Assembly: GCF_009914755.1 (NCBI RefSeq)
Contig: NC_060927.1
DNA: 64,000 bases
Reading direction: 5' to 3' (one strand)
Source: the human T2T-CHM13v2.0 reference genome, Homo sapiens
Below the pieces are notes generated by a model. It made no database searches. It worked only from the letters and a program-made list of their open reading frames with translations, and was not told where the DNA came from. This document shows positions 15,356-32,157 of this stretch, piece after piece (position 1 is the stretch's first letter; every line of letters begins with the position of its first letter). Both the position numbers and the translations under genes were made by a program.

Positions 15356-15919
15356 TTTAAGTTTATAAAAGATTTTTACCAAAAAACCTCCCTGGTCTTC
15401 CCATTCCACCCCTAGTTTTGCTTCAATGCCAATGGAAGACCAGGAAACAGTCTAACAGGGACTCTGAGGCTTGTTAAACTCACATTTGGGTTTGCTTTCA
15501 TGGATTTGGGAGTTGTGGTTTGTTTTCATTTTTCTTGAGTAAAAGTCTTCTTTTAATGGCCATATTTTATCTGCTAGAAAAATATTTTGTGTCATGTCCA
15601 AAAGCAAAGCAATTATTTTTAGGCATTGGGCTTTGAACTGTAGTTATTAGAGGTCAAAATCCGTGATTTGCAGGGGTTGTCGTGTACCTAAGCAAACACT
15701 TGCGAGTACAGTTTGATTCCGTCTTTATGGAGACCAACCCCAGGAATATAGTCTTGCCTTTGACATGGTAAATCCACGTTTGTTTCGTTTTGTTAATTCA
15801 AAGTAGCACAATAATGTGGAAAGAGTATAGCCTAGATCTGAAGTTTGGCACAGCAAGTTAAGTTCTTGAGCCTCAGTTTCCTCACCTTAAAACTTGAGGC
15901 TATTACTTGTCTTAGTTAT

Positions 15920-16990
15920 TTAATTAGATATTTCAGATGTACAAAAAAATAGAAAATATAACACAGCTGTATTATTAAACTAGGTGTACCTATTACCCAG
16001 TTTAATAACTAAAGCATTACCAATGCAACTGAATACCCATATACCCTCCCTGTTCCCTTCCCCTCCCTTGTGCAACTAATCACTAATGTGTATTTGATGT
16101 TTATCATTCCCATGTGCAAGTTTGTATTATTTTACTTTTGATATATATTTTTTGATATATATCAAAAAAGTACAGTATTATTTTAAAATTTAAATGTTAT
16201 CACATTCTGTGTATCCTTCCTACATCATGGTTTTCCCTCACTCAACAATGTTTTTTGATCTAGGTTGGTATGTGTATCTCCAGTTCCTTTAACTTTTGCA
16301 TTCAACCATACAAATTTAGCTGCGCATACCCCTAGTTTTCAGATGATCATCAACACATCAGTGGCTCTAATGAACATCTTTGTGTATGTCCCTTGAGTTT
16401 ATGTTCAAGAGTTTCTCTTGGGTCTTGGTATTTTAAGTGTGCCCCTGTACCAACAGCAATGACATCACCTGGGAGCTTGTTAGAAATTAAGAATCACGGG
16501 TTCTTCCCCAGGCCTATTGAAGGAGAATCTGTGTTTTAACAAGACCCCCGTGGTGATTTGTACATCAAAGATTTAGAAGCACTGTTCCAGGTCTATTGAG
16601 GAGCAGAATTGCTAAATCAAAGGGTAGGTGCATCTTCAGTACTATTAGATATTTGCCAGACTGCCCTCCAGGGCAGTTGTGCTGTTGTATACTTTGGCCA
16701 GCAGTAGAGTTTTCTTTTCCTAATATTTTCACCACACTTGATATGTGGTCAGGCTTTTAAAGTTTTGCCAATCTGAGGGTTTAAACAATATTGCATTTTA
16801 ATCTTATTTTTTCTCATTTTGTTTTCTCACTTTATTTTTTGAGTATCTTACATGTTTATTGTCGATTCAGGTTTCCTTTTCTGAGAATTGTCTTTTTATT
16901 TCCTTTGCTTATTTTTCTGTTGAGTTGTTTGACAATTTCTAATAGATTTGTAGTAGTTCTACATATATCACAGAACTAATCCTTTGTTGC
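15920..16990 (-). mobile_element. Old L1ME fragment with nested MER5A (~16420-16590)
   Basis: Antisense L1 motifs; MER5 motif ATCACCTGGGAGCTTGTTAGAAAT. Confidence 0.55.
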
Positions 16991-17349
16991 CTTTCCCTTA
17001 CAGCAATATAAAATGTGCAATATATCAAGTCTCCCAGGCATCCCTTCAATTTAACACATAGTACCTACTTCCTCTAGTGAGTTATGAGGGTAGGAACCAC
17101 ATACCACTGTCTCCCCCAGGACCTAGCATACCCTTCATAGATGGTAGGCAGTGAGATTCATATTACTGCAGCTCAAAGGAGAGGGCTGGGCTGGAGATAT
17201 ACATGTGGACATCATGAGCACATGCGGGAGATTTAAAGCTATGGAAATGGGTAAGATCAACTAGAGAGCTTGTAAAGAAAGTAGAAAGGGAACCTAAAAT
17301 TAAACTCCAAAAAGCTACAACATTTCTGACTGGCTAAGGCCAACAGAAT

Positions 17350-18660
17350 CCTTAATTAAGTCAGAAAATTTGGAAGTTATAAAACAAAAGACAAACATAT
17401 TTGACTAGGAAGTTTGTATGGCAAAATACACCATTAAAAAAGCCAGTATACAAACAACAGATTTGGGGAAAATATTTGCAATGTAGATGAAAAGAGCCAA
17501 CATACATGTAAAGGGCTCTTACAAATTGATAAGCCAGGCTAATCACAAAATGGACAAATAATAGAAATAGAAGAGGAAATCCAAAGAGCCAACCAATTTT
17601 TAAAATAAGTTAATTAGTAGTTAGGGAAATTATTTTAACAATGCAACCAGCAAAAAAAAAAAAAAAAAAAGAAGAAGCAATGATATATTTTTGTCTAAGA
17701 TGTGGTAGAAAGAGTACCCACCTCACACTTTGATGGTGAAAATAGGTATTAAAAGTTCTTAGGAAACCAATCTGACAGTATTAAACATTCCATTTTATAA
17801 AGTAGGAATTTTATAAAATTCCATTTTATAAAAACAGGCAAAACCTAATATATATATAGTCTTTGAAGTTCACAAGATGCGCACTTTACAGGGGAGTTAG
17901 TAACTAGAAGGTGGCGTGAAAGGAACTTCTGAGACTGGTAATTTTCTATTTTTGATCTGGGTGCTGGTCACAAAGACAATTCAGTTTGTGAAAAATAAGC
18001 TATATTCCTATATGATTTTTATCTTTATGTTATGTTCTAAAAGCATGTTAAACTTCAATAAAGATTTTAAAATGTACTTACAATAAAGATTTTAAAACGT
18101 ACTTACAATAAAGCTTTTAAAAATATGCCCCACACATCTTCTTCTCTTGGGAATCTATTCCATGAGAATAAAGGTGTTAGTGTTGGTATATAAGGATATA
18201 TACAAGGACATTTATTGCAGTATTGTTCATAGTGGGGAAGAAAAGAAACTGGAAATTGTAAATGCCCATCTACAGATAAATGATTGAATAAATTATTATA
18301 CATCATGAGTTACAACTCAGCCATTCAGAAGAATGAATTGGAGAGGTTTCCAGGAAGTATTTTTGAGTCAAGAAATAATATAGTACAATTTTATAAAACA
18401 ATGGCAGAGCATCCTATCTAATGTATGTATGTATGTCTTTACAGATTTTTTTTCTGTATATGATTACACAAGCATGGAGAGAAATAGAGGTTGCAAACAA
18501 GTATAATGACATGAGTCGCCTAGTAGGAATGGGAGTGGGATTGATTGAGAGAGGTGGGGAGTAACCAAAATTCAAGAAAAAAAAGGTTTCACTTAAAAAA
18601 TAAGCAGTTATGATCACATTTATGCATTTATATAAAATTGTTTATAAGAAGCAAAGAAAA
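17350..18660 (+). mobile_element. Old L1M/L1ME 3' fragments
   Basis: GGGAAAATATTTGCAA, CTTGGGAATCTATTC and L1 3'UTR-like motifs. Confidence 0.5.
18056..18123 (+). repeat. 25-bp tandem repeat x2.7 (CAATAAAGATTTTAAAAYGTACTTA)
   Basis: Units start at 18056, 18081 and 18106. Confidence 0.9.
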
Positions 18661-19127
18661 AATTAAAATTGGATAAAGGAGAAAGACTTAGTGAAACATT
18701 GAAAAGGAAGTGAGCTTTTGACTGGGAGGTGGAGACTGCAGTGAGCCGAGATCATGCCATTGCACTCCAGCCTGGGCAACAAGAGTGAAACTCTGTCTCA
18801 AAAAAAAGAGAAAGAAAAAAGAAAAGTGTTTTGAGATGGTAGAAAACCCTAAGATTAGAAGGCAAGGCAAGAAAGCATAAAACAGGAATAGTTAACTATG
18901 TCAAATTGCTGCTGAGAGGAGAAAAGCATGAGAACTGAAATGTATCTATTAGATTTGGCATCATGGAGGATGTGGGTGAGAAAATGAACAAAATCAGGCT
19001 CAATGAAATGAGACAGAAGCCATATTAAAATGGATGAATAGTTAGTGGGGGTAAGAGAAAAGATGGAAAAGGTAATGCTGACAACTCTCTTGCAAAAAAA
19101 AAAAAAAAAAAAAAAAAGGCCAAAATA

Positions 19128-19443
<316 letters not shown>

Positions 19444-19890
19444 TTATCATAAAGCTAAAAAGACAATCTAAGCCAAGATGTAGCAGAAGATGGAAAACCA
19501 GAGAGATGAGCCAAGCATTTGGAACCACTTAACCCTGGAAATGTTTATTTATTCCAGAACAGGAGGTCAAGAGTCTAAGCAGTACTTATAACAGCCTTGA
19601 AGGGATGGGGAGACAAAAATTAGGGTAAGGGAATGCCAAGGTTGGGATACTCTAGCAAAACTTCCACATTTTGGGCAGGAACCCCCAAAGAACAGTACTT
19701 AAGGAATAAGAATAAATAGTTTATCTGTCCTTGAAATTAGAGTTATCACGGATGTAATTATCCAACATAAATAAACATGCAAGCAAATGAGACAGGACAA
19801 CACAAATAGGGTCAGCAGAAATAACAAAAACAGACACATAGGTTGTAAATTAAGAGTTAATTAGATGTACAGCTTAATGTAACTATGTTT

Positions 19891-20093
19891 GTTTTTTGTT
19901 TTGTTTTGTCTTTTGTGACGGAGTCTCGCTCTGTTGCTGGATGTGTTGCTGGATTCAGTTTTTTTTGTATTTTTTAGTAGAGACGGGGTTTCACCATGTT
20001 AGCCAGGATGGTCTCGATCTCCTGACCTCGTGATCCGCCCGCCTCGGCCTCCCAAAGTGCTGGGATTACAGGCGTGAGCCACCGCGCCCGGCC
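19891..20093 (-). mobile_element. AluY-like with internally deleted and replaced right arm
   Basis: CpG-rich intact left arm; TSD TGTAACTATGTTT at 19878-19890 and 20094-20106. Confidence 0.9.
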
Positions 20094-20583
20094 TGTAACT
20101 ATGTTTAAAATGTTCAAGATGATTCAAAAAAGAAAAAAAAAAGTCTGAGAATATCAGCATGGAATAGGAAAATTTTAAAAAGGGCATAGCAGAACTGAAA
20201 AGAACTAAAGAGAAACTATAGAGTCAAAAAGTACAATAGTGAAACTAAGAACTCAAAATCAGAGAAACAGTAAACTGGAATATAGGTGAGACAAATATAT
20301 ATAAGAAAAATACAACAGATTATAGAGAAGACAGTAGTAAATATAGACTATATAGTTAAAAGCATGTGTAATTATAGTTCCAAAGAAGAAAGAATGATGC
20401 AGAAAAAGGTTTAAAGAGATAATGCCTTGGAATTTCCCAAATGATGAAAAGCATCAAGCTACAGATTTGAGCCCTGCAAACACCAACCAGGAAGGAGACA
20501 CAGAAAACCATCTCTAGGCCTATCATAGTAAAACTGCTAAAAACCAAAGACAACAAGAAAATCATTAAAAGTGGCTAGTGGGA

Positions 20584-20885
20584 GGCCAGACGCGGTGGCT
20601 CACGCCTGTAATCCCAGCACTTTGGGAGGCCGAGGCGGGTGGATCTCGTCAGGAGATTGAGACCATCCTGGCTAACACGGTGCAACCCCGTCTCTACTAA
20701 AAATACAAAAAATTAGCCAGTCATGGTGGCGGGCGCCTGTAGTCCCAGCTACTCGGGAGGCTGAGGCAGGAGATGGCGTGAACCCGGGAGGCAGAGCTTG
20801 CAGTGAGCCAAGATCGTGCCACTGCACTCCAGCCTGGGTGACAGAGTGAGATTCTGCCTCAAAAAAAAAAAAAAAAAAAAAAAAA
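20584..20885 (+). mobile_element. AluY-like
   Basis: TSD AAAAGTGGCTAGTGG; long A tail. Confidence 0.92.
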
Positions 20886-21726
20886 GTGGCTAGTGGAAAA
20901 AACACACACCAAAACATAAGGCTAACTTTTCCATAGAAATGACAGAAGCAAGAAGACAATGGAAAAATACCTTCAAAGTGCTGAAAAACAACTAACTAAA
21001 TATCTATACCCAGCAAAACTACTGTTTATTACCAGGCAAAATAAAGTTGAGGTAATTCATCCAGAGCAGACCAACCAAAGGAAATATTAAAGTATATTCT
21101 TTGGTCTAAGAAGAAAAAATTATTTCAGTTGAAAGTTTAAAAATGCAAGAGAAAGGATGAAAAGCAACAATGGTAAAAACGGACATAGATCTAAATAAAT
21201 TGTGACTGTATAAACAATCTCTTGTGGGGTTAATATTGGGAGGCCAAGGCAGGAGGATGACTTGAGCCCAGGAGTTCAGTCTAGGAAAAGACTATTTGAC
21301 TTTGCCGTATGTTTCCTTGTAGTAGTTTTATAGTTTCAGGTGTTTTTGTTGTTGTTTGTTTGTTTGCAGAGACAAGGTCTCATTATGTTGCCTAGGCTAG
21401 TCTAGAACTCGTTGGCTGAAGCGATGCTCCTGCCTGATTACAGGTGTGAGTCACCACACTTGGCTAGTTTCAGGTCTTATGTTTAACTCTTTAATCCAAC
21501 TCTTTATTGTTGTACACAGTGAGAATTAGGGGGCCTACATTCATTCTTCTGCATATGGATATCCGGTTTTCCCAGTAGCATTTATTGAAGAGGGATCCTT
21601 TTTCCCATGTGTGTTCATGGCACCTTTGACAAAAATCAGTTGGCTGTCAACATGTGGAATTACTTCTAGGTTCTCTATTACGTTTCATGGGTCTATATGT
21701 CTGTTTTTATACCAGTACCATGCTGG

Positions 21727-22388
21727 TTTTTTTTTTTTTTTTTTTTGAGATGGAATCTTGCTCTGTCACCCAGCCTGGAGTGCACTGGCGTGATCTTGGC
21801 CCACGCAACCTCCACCTTCCGGGTTCAAGTGATTCTCCTTCCTCAGCTTCCCGAGTAGCTGGGACTACAGGCGATGCCACCACGCCTGGCTAGTTTTTTG
21901 TATTTTTATTAGAGACGGGGTTTCACCGTGTTAGCCAGGATGGTCTTGATCTCCTGACCTCGTGATCTGCCCACCTTGGTCTCCCAAAGTGCTGGGATTA
22001 CAGGCATAAGCCACCGCGCCTGGCTGCTGTTTTAATTACTATAGGTTTGTAGCATACTTTGAAGTCAAGCAGCGTGATACCACCAGCTTTTTTTTTTTTT
22101 TTTAAAGGCAGGGTTTCATTCTGTCACCCAGGCTGGAGTGCAGTAGTATGATCACAGCTCAGTGCAGCCTTGACCTCCTGGGTTCAAATGATCCTCCTAC
22201 CTCACCCTCCTGAGTAGCTGGGACTACAGATGCATGCCACCACACTAATTTTAATTTTTGTGTGTGTGTGGAGATGAGGGTCTTACTATGTTGGCCAGGC
22301 TGGTCTTGAACTCCTCAGCTCAGGCGATCCTCCTGCCTCAGCCATTCAAAGTGTTAGGATTACAGGCATGAGATACCATGCCTGCCCA
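21727..22388 (-). mobile_element. Two antisense Alus (21727-22025; 22088-22388) inside the old L1
   Basis: Alu consensus motifs. Confidence 0.9.
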
Positions 22389-22659
22389 GTTTTCTTTGCT
22401 CAGTACTGTTTTAGCTACTTGGGATCTTTTGTGGTTCCATATGAATTATAGGATTGTTTTTTCTATTTCTGTGAAGAGTATCATCGGCGTTTTGATAGGG
22501 ATCGCATGAATCTACAGATGGTTTTGGGTAGTATGGTCATTTTAACAATGTTGATTCTTCCAGTCCGTGAGCATGAGATGTCTTTCCATTTGTTTGTGTC
22601 CTCTACAATTTCTTTTTATCAGTGTTTCATAGTTTTCCTTGTAGAGGTATTTTATCTCC

Positions 22660-22778
22660 ATATATATATTATATATGTGTGTGTGTGTGTGTATTCCTAT
22701 ATATACATATTCCTATACATATATATATACATATTCCTATATATATACATATTCCTATACATATATATATATATACAC
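22660..22778. repeat. Compound (TA)n/(TG)n/(TATACATATTCC)n simple repeat
   Basis: Directly visible. Confidence 0.9.
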
Positions 22779-23289
22779 CTAGGTATTTTGGTAGGGGGGA
22801 TAGTGATTGTAAATGGGATTGCTTTCTTGATTTCTTTTTCAGCTAGTTCATTGTTGGTGGATAAAAACACCACTGACTTTTTAATGTTGATTTTGTATCC
22901 TATAACTTTACTGAATTCATTTATCAGTTCTAAGAGCTTTATGCTGGAGTCTTCAGGTTTTTAAAATATAAGGTCAATTCATATGCAAAGAGGGACAATT
23001 TAACTTCCTCTTTTCCAATTTGGAGGCCTTTTTAAAATTTCTGTTACCTGATTGTTCTGGCTAGGACTTCCAGTACTATATGTTGATTAGTAGAGGTGAA
23101 AGTGGGCAACTTTGGTTCCAGTTCTTAGAAGAAAGGCTTTAAGCTTTTCCCTCTTCAGTATGATGTTAGCTGTGTTTCTCATATATGGCTTTTATTACAC
23201 TGAGTATGTTCCTTCTATGCTAAATTTGTTTTTATCATGAAGTGATGTTTAATTTTAGCAAATGCGATTGCTGCATCTATTGAGAAGAT

Positions 23290-23667
23290 TAATATGATTT
23301 GGCTCTATGTCCCCACCCAAATCTCATCTCGAATTATAATCCCCACATGTTGAGGGAGGGACCTGTAATCCCCACGTGTTGAGGGAGGGAGGTGATTGGA
23401 TCATGGGGGCAGATTCCTCCATGTTGTTCTGATAGTGAGTTCTCTGAGATTTGATGGTTTTGTAAGCGTCTGGCATTTCCCCTGCTTGCACTTCTCTCTC
23501 CTGTTGCCATGTGAAGAGCTTCTTGCTTTCTGTTTGCCTTCTGCCATGAATGTAAGTTTCCATAGGCCTCCCCAGCCATGTGGAATGTTGAGTTAATTAA
23601 ACCTCTTTCCTTTACAAATTACCCAGTCTCAGGTTTATTTATAGCAGTGTGAAAATGGACTAATATG
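23290..23667 (+). mobile_element. MaLR solo LTR (MSTA/THE1D-like)
   Basis: Starts TAATATGATTTGGCTC...CCCAAATCTCATC, ends GGACTAATATG; 5-bp TSD AAGAT at 23285-23289 and 23668-23672. Confidence 0.9.
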
Positions 23668-24204
23668 AAGATCATATGGTTTTTGTCCTTCATTCTGTTG
23701 GAAATGATGTATCATGTTTATTGATTTGTGTATGTCAAACCATCCTTGCATCCCTGAGATAAATCCCATTGGATCATCGTATTATTTTTTTGATGTGTTG
23801 CTGGATTCAGTTTGCTAGCATTTTGTTAAGGATTTTTGCATTTATTTTCATCAAAGATATTGGCCTGTAGTTTTATTTTTCATTTGATTATGTCTAGTTT
23901 TGTATCAGGGTAATGCTGGCATCACAGAATGAGTTAAGAAGAATTCCTTCCTCTTCAATTTTTTGGAATAGTTTGATAAAAGTTGGTGTTATTTCTTTTT
24001 TTGTGTGATTTAATTTTTATTTCATAATCATAAACTTAACTCTGGAATCCAGCTAGGCATGGAAGGGAACAAGGAAAACATGGAACCCAAAGGGAAATGC
24101 AGTGAGAGCACAAAGATTATAGGATACTGTGAGCAAATGGGGTGGACGGGTGCTCTCTTGAGCTACAGAAGGAATGGTCTGGTGGTTAAGATAAAACACA
24201 AGTT

Positions 24205-24961
<757 letters not shown>

Positions 24962-25638
24962 ATTAATGCCTTCTTTCACCTTGCCAAAGACCATATGCTT
25001 GCCATCCAACCACTCAGTCTTGGCAGTGCAGATGAAAAACTGGGAACTGTTTGTGTTGGATCCAGCCTTTGCCATGGACAAGATGCCAGGACCTGTATGC
25101 ATTAGGATGAAGTTCTCATCATCAAATTTCTCCCTGTAGATGGACTTGCTACCAGTGCCATTATGGCGTGTGAAGTCACCACCCTGACACATAAACCCTG
25201 GAATAATTATCTGAAAGCAGGAACCCTTATAACCAAATCCTTTCTCTCCAATGCTCAGAGCATGAAAGTTTTCTGCTGTCTTTGGAAACTTGTCTGCAAA
25301 AGGCTCAAAGGAGACACACCTCAAGGGCTCACCATCGACGGCGATGTCGAAGAACATGGTGGGGTTGATCATGGGTGATAATACGGGGCTCCCAGTGGTG
25401 ACAACTGCAAAGCCGGTGTTATTTCTTCTTTAAAAGTTTGTTAGAATTTAGCAGTAAATCTGGTTCTGGGCTTTTCTCTATTGGGAGAGTTTTTTATTAC
25501 TGCTTCAATCTTATTACTTGTTATTGGTATCTTTGTTTTCTATTTCTTCCTGGTTCAATGTTGGTAGGTTGCATGTGTCCAGGAATGTATATATTTCCAG
25601 TAGGTTTTCCATTTTTGTTATTGTATAGTTGCTCATAA

Positions 25639-26186
<548 letters not shown>

Positions 26187-27176
26187 TAGTTTTTTGAGGT
26201 GGATTTTTTAGGTTGTTTATTCAACATCTTTCTACTTTTCAGGTATAGACGTTAATTGCTATAAACTTCCCTCTTAGCATTGCTTTTTCTGTGTCACAAA
26301 GGTTTTGGTATGTTTTTCCATTTTCATTTGTTTCAAGAATTTTTACTTTCTTTCTTAATTTTTACATTGACCCATTGGTTATTCAGGTGTATGTTGTTTA
26401 ATTTCCACATATTTGTTCCCAAAGTTCCTGTTGTTGATTCCTAATTTTCACTGTGGTCTTAGAAGATACTTGATATGATTTCAATTTTTAAAACTTTCTT
26501 GAGGCTTGTTTTATGGCCTAACATATGGTCCATCCTGGAGAATGTTCCATGTGTTCATGAGAAGAATTTATTTTCTGCTGCTGTTGCCTGAAATGTTCTC
26601 TAAATGTTAGATCCATTTGGTCTAAAGTGCAGTTTAAATCCAATGTTTCTTGAATTTCTGTCTAGATAATCTCTTCCATGCTGAATGTGGGAGTGGTGAA
26701 ATCCCCAACTATTGTTGTATTAGCCTGTCTTTTTAGCTGTAATAATATTTATTTTATATATTTTGGTTTCTGATGTTGGGTGCATAGATATTTACAATTG
26801 TTATATCCTCTTGCCTAATTGATTCCTTTATTATAATTTTCTTGTCTCATTTTTTTTGACTTAAACTCTCCTTTGATATAAGTGTAGCTACTCCTGCATG
26901 CTTTTGTTTTGTTTGCATGAGGTATTTTTTTCCATCCCTTCATTTTCAGTCTATGTGTCTTTATAGGTGAGATGAGTTTCATGTAGACAGCATATATCTG
27001 GGTCTTATTTTTGTTAGCCATTCAGCCAGTCTATATCTTTTAGTTGGGGGAGCTTAAACTTTGACATTCCAGCTTGTTATTAATAGGTGAGGACTTCCTG
27101 TCATTTTGTTGTTTTCTGATTGTTCTGAATATCCTTTCTTCCTTTATTCTTCTTTTACTTTCTTTTATGATCTGGT

Positions 27177-27178
<2 letters not shown>

Positions 27179-27223
<45 letters not shown>
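27179..27223. repeat. Poly(T)45
   Basis: Uninterrupted T run inside the old L1. Confidence 0.95.
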
Positions 27224-27226
<3 letters not shown>

Positions 27227-27583
27227 GTAACAACACTCCTATTCCTGTTTTGTGTATCTGCTCTACACTACTTTTGTTAAGTTTTCATGATGGTAGATGT
27301 TGTCCTTTTGTTTCCTGGTGTAGGGCTCCCTTAAATATTTCTTGTGGGGCTAGTCTAGTGGTAATGAATTATCTCCATTTTTGTTTTTCTGAGAAAGACT
27401 ACTTTCCCTTCATTTTTCAAGGATACCTTTGCTGGACACAGGATTCTTGGTTGACAGTTTCTTTTTTTTTTTTTTCTCTCAGTACTTTGACTATTTTATT
27501 CCTTTCTCTCCTGACCTACAAAGATTCTGCTGAGAAATTCATTGTTAGTCTCATGGAGATTCCCTTATATGTGGTTTGATGCT

Positions 27584-29560
<1,977 letters not shown>

Positions 29561-31238
29561 CTATTTGGGACTCCTTGAGTTTCCAGCTTCCAAATGTCTA
29601 TGTCTCTAGCAAGACCTGGGAAGTTTTCAGCTATTATTTCATTAAATAGGCTGTCTATACCTTTGCCCATTTCTTCTCCTGGAACTCCCCAAATTTGAAT
29701 TTTTGTTCTTTTGTGTCCCATATGTCACATGGCTTGCTTTATTGTTTTTTATGTCTTATTTCAAAAAACATGTCTTCAGTTCAGAAATTCTTTCTTCTGC
29801 TTTATCTTGTCTTATTATGTTGTCTTCAATAAGATGAGGTTATGTACGTTGTAGTCGGACTTCACTGGGGATAGGGAAACCAGGTGAGCCAGTCAGTCCT
29901 CTAGCACCAGTGGCAGCAGCAGAAGGGTAGGTGGGCCAGTCCTCAGTCGCCTGGGTGGTGTACTTCATGTGGCAGGCTCAAGTGCTGGCAGTGGTTGTGG
30001 CAGGTCAGGCAGGCAGGTCCTCAGGGCCCTGGGTAGCACTTGTGGTATTGGCTGTGGCAGTAATGTCAACAGGCTGGCCCTCAGGCCCCTGGGTGGTATG
30101 CATGAGTGCCAGCGGAGGTGCCAATGGGCTAGTCAGCCCAGTCTCCAGGCTCCTAGGTGGCATGCATGGGTGGGTGTTGGCAATGGCAGTGATGGGTGGG
30201 TTGGGCCTGTCCTTAGGTCCCCAGAGGTGCATGCAGGCGCTGGCAGCATGAGTGGACTTGGCAGGTCTGTCCTCACACCCTTGGATAGTGTGTGAGGGAG
30301 GATTGTTCCTTAGGCCTCTTCACAGCATGTACAGGTATGAGGTGGCCCTGCTGCTGGAAGGGCAGGATTGCAGTTGGTGGCAGCAGTCTCAGGAAGTCAG
30401 CTGCCAAGCTGCAGGGAATGTACACTTTGGCCCTCTTTGTCCTTGGGGCAGCCTCCCTGATGTGCTTCACCACCTATTCTCTAGGGTGTAGGTTACCTTG
30501 TGGGCTAGAGTGCTGAGGAACTGGCCATAGCACTGGGTCCAGCTGGCATTGCAATGCTGCAGCCCTCTAGGTGGTGGTGGGAGGATGTCAGTGGGGCTCC
30601 AGGAATGTGGAGATGCAGGGGCTGTTGAGTCCCAGGGAGGATGTAGTCTGGTGGGGACTGAGCTCTCAAAATGGCACCATGCTGCAGTTGCTTGGGTGTT
30701 GGCGGTCAGTGGGATCCAGTGTGAATTCCCTTTCTTGAACAATGCAGTTTTGTGAACTCCAAGCAGCAACCTATACTAGGCTCAGGGCCTGTTAGGGCCA
30801 AGGGGCTCTCTGGTGGCTAGGACTGCAGGCAACCCTGGTGGGAATGTGGACTATTGGGAATCTCCCCCTTACCTTTTCCTAGTAATGGCAAGTTCCTTCC
30901 AGCTCTGAGCCAATTCCAGCTGGGCTGGGTGCTTCTTTGTTTCTCTCTCCTTCTTTACCTCAGAGGTGCCCTGTCACTTTCCTGGTGAATTCTAGTGTTC
31001 TCTCTGTCTACTTGATGTGTGGTTATCTATTTGCTGCTTTGGTCCCACTTAGTGGAGGAGGTGAGTGCCAGGCACCTCATCAGCCATGTTGGTTACATCT
31101 TGCCTAAAAGAACTTGACACAGATCTTAAAAGGAACTTATGGGCTAATACTACTGATTGAAAAAAAAAAAAAGATGCAAACCCCTCAAATATTAGCAAAT
31201 CAAATCCAGGAATACACATTTAAAAACACTTCACAATC

Positions 31239-31656
<418 letters not shown>

Positions 31657-31783
31657 TTATGATCATTGGAATAAAATGCAGAAAAATCATCTGATAAATT
31701 TCCACATCCATTAATAATTTTTTAAAAAGTCCCTTAGCAAATTAGAAAGCTAAGGTAGCTTCTTTAGTCTGATAAAAGAGATC

Positions 31784-31940
31784 CACCCAGGTATTAAGCC
31801 CAGTACTCAATAGCTATCTTTTCTGCTTCTGGGCTTAATACCTGGGTGATGAAATAATCTGTACAACAAAACTGTGACACAAGTTTACCTATGTTACAAG
31901 CCTTCGCATGTACCCCCAAACCTAAAAGTAAAAAAAAAAA
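31784..31940 (+). mobile_element. Micro-L1 (old L1PA 3' end) with 5' inversion
   Basis: L1PA15/16-like 3'UTR CTGGGCTTAATACCTGGGTGATGAAATAATCTGTAC and A tail, preceded by an inverted copy. Confidence 0.8.
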
Positions 31941-31959
31941 ATTTAAAAAGAGAAAAATA

Positions 31960-32157
31960 GGAACACAAAAATGCAGTATTAAAACATAACTGCATAAAAT
32001 TAACTGTAGTACATGACATACTACTTTAATAATTTCGTAGCCACCTCTCATTGCTATTGTGAGTTCAAGTGTTGCCAATATCTGCTTAAAGTGCTGTGTG
32101 ATGCTAATCATCTCCGTGTGGGTAGTTCGTGTCTCTACTAAATTATGTATCATGGTG
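31960..32157. mobile_element. Tigger-family (Tigger2/MER28-like) DNA transposon fragment
   Basis: GCTAATCATCTCCGTGTGGGTAGTTCGTGTCTC resembles Tigger2 internal sequence; no TIRs seen. Confidence 0.55.

Noticed and set aside
22506-22964. 152-aa hydrophobic ORF resembling a membrane protein
   Set aside because: Antisense L1 plus a TA/TG microsatellite produces the I/Y/V runs.
23338-23392. 28-bp tandem duplication inside the MaLR LTR
   Set aside because: As I recall, a similar duplication occurs in other MST/THE1 LTR copies, so it is probably inherited rather than locus-specific; not verified.
27179-27223. Poly(T)45 as an orphan retro-insertion
   Set aside because: No flanking TSD; more simply slippage expansion of a T-run in the host L1.
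29931-30769. GC-rich block with overlapping ORFs on both strands
   Set aside because: Positioned as the 5'UTR of the old L1; high GC with CpG depletion explains the scarcity of stops; no recognisable protein.
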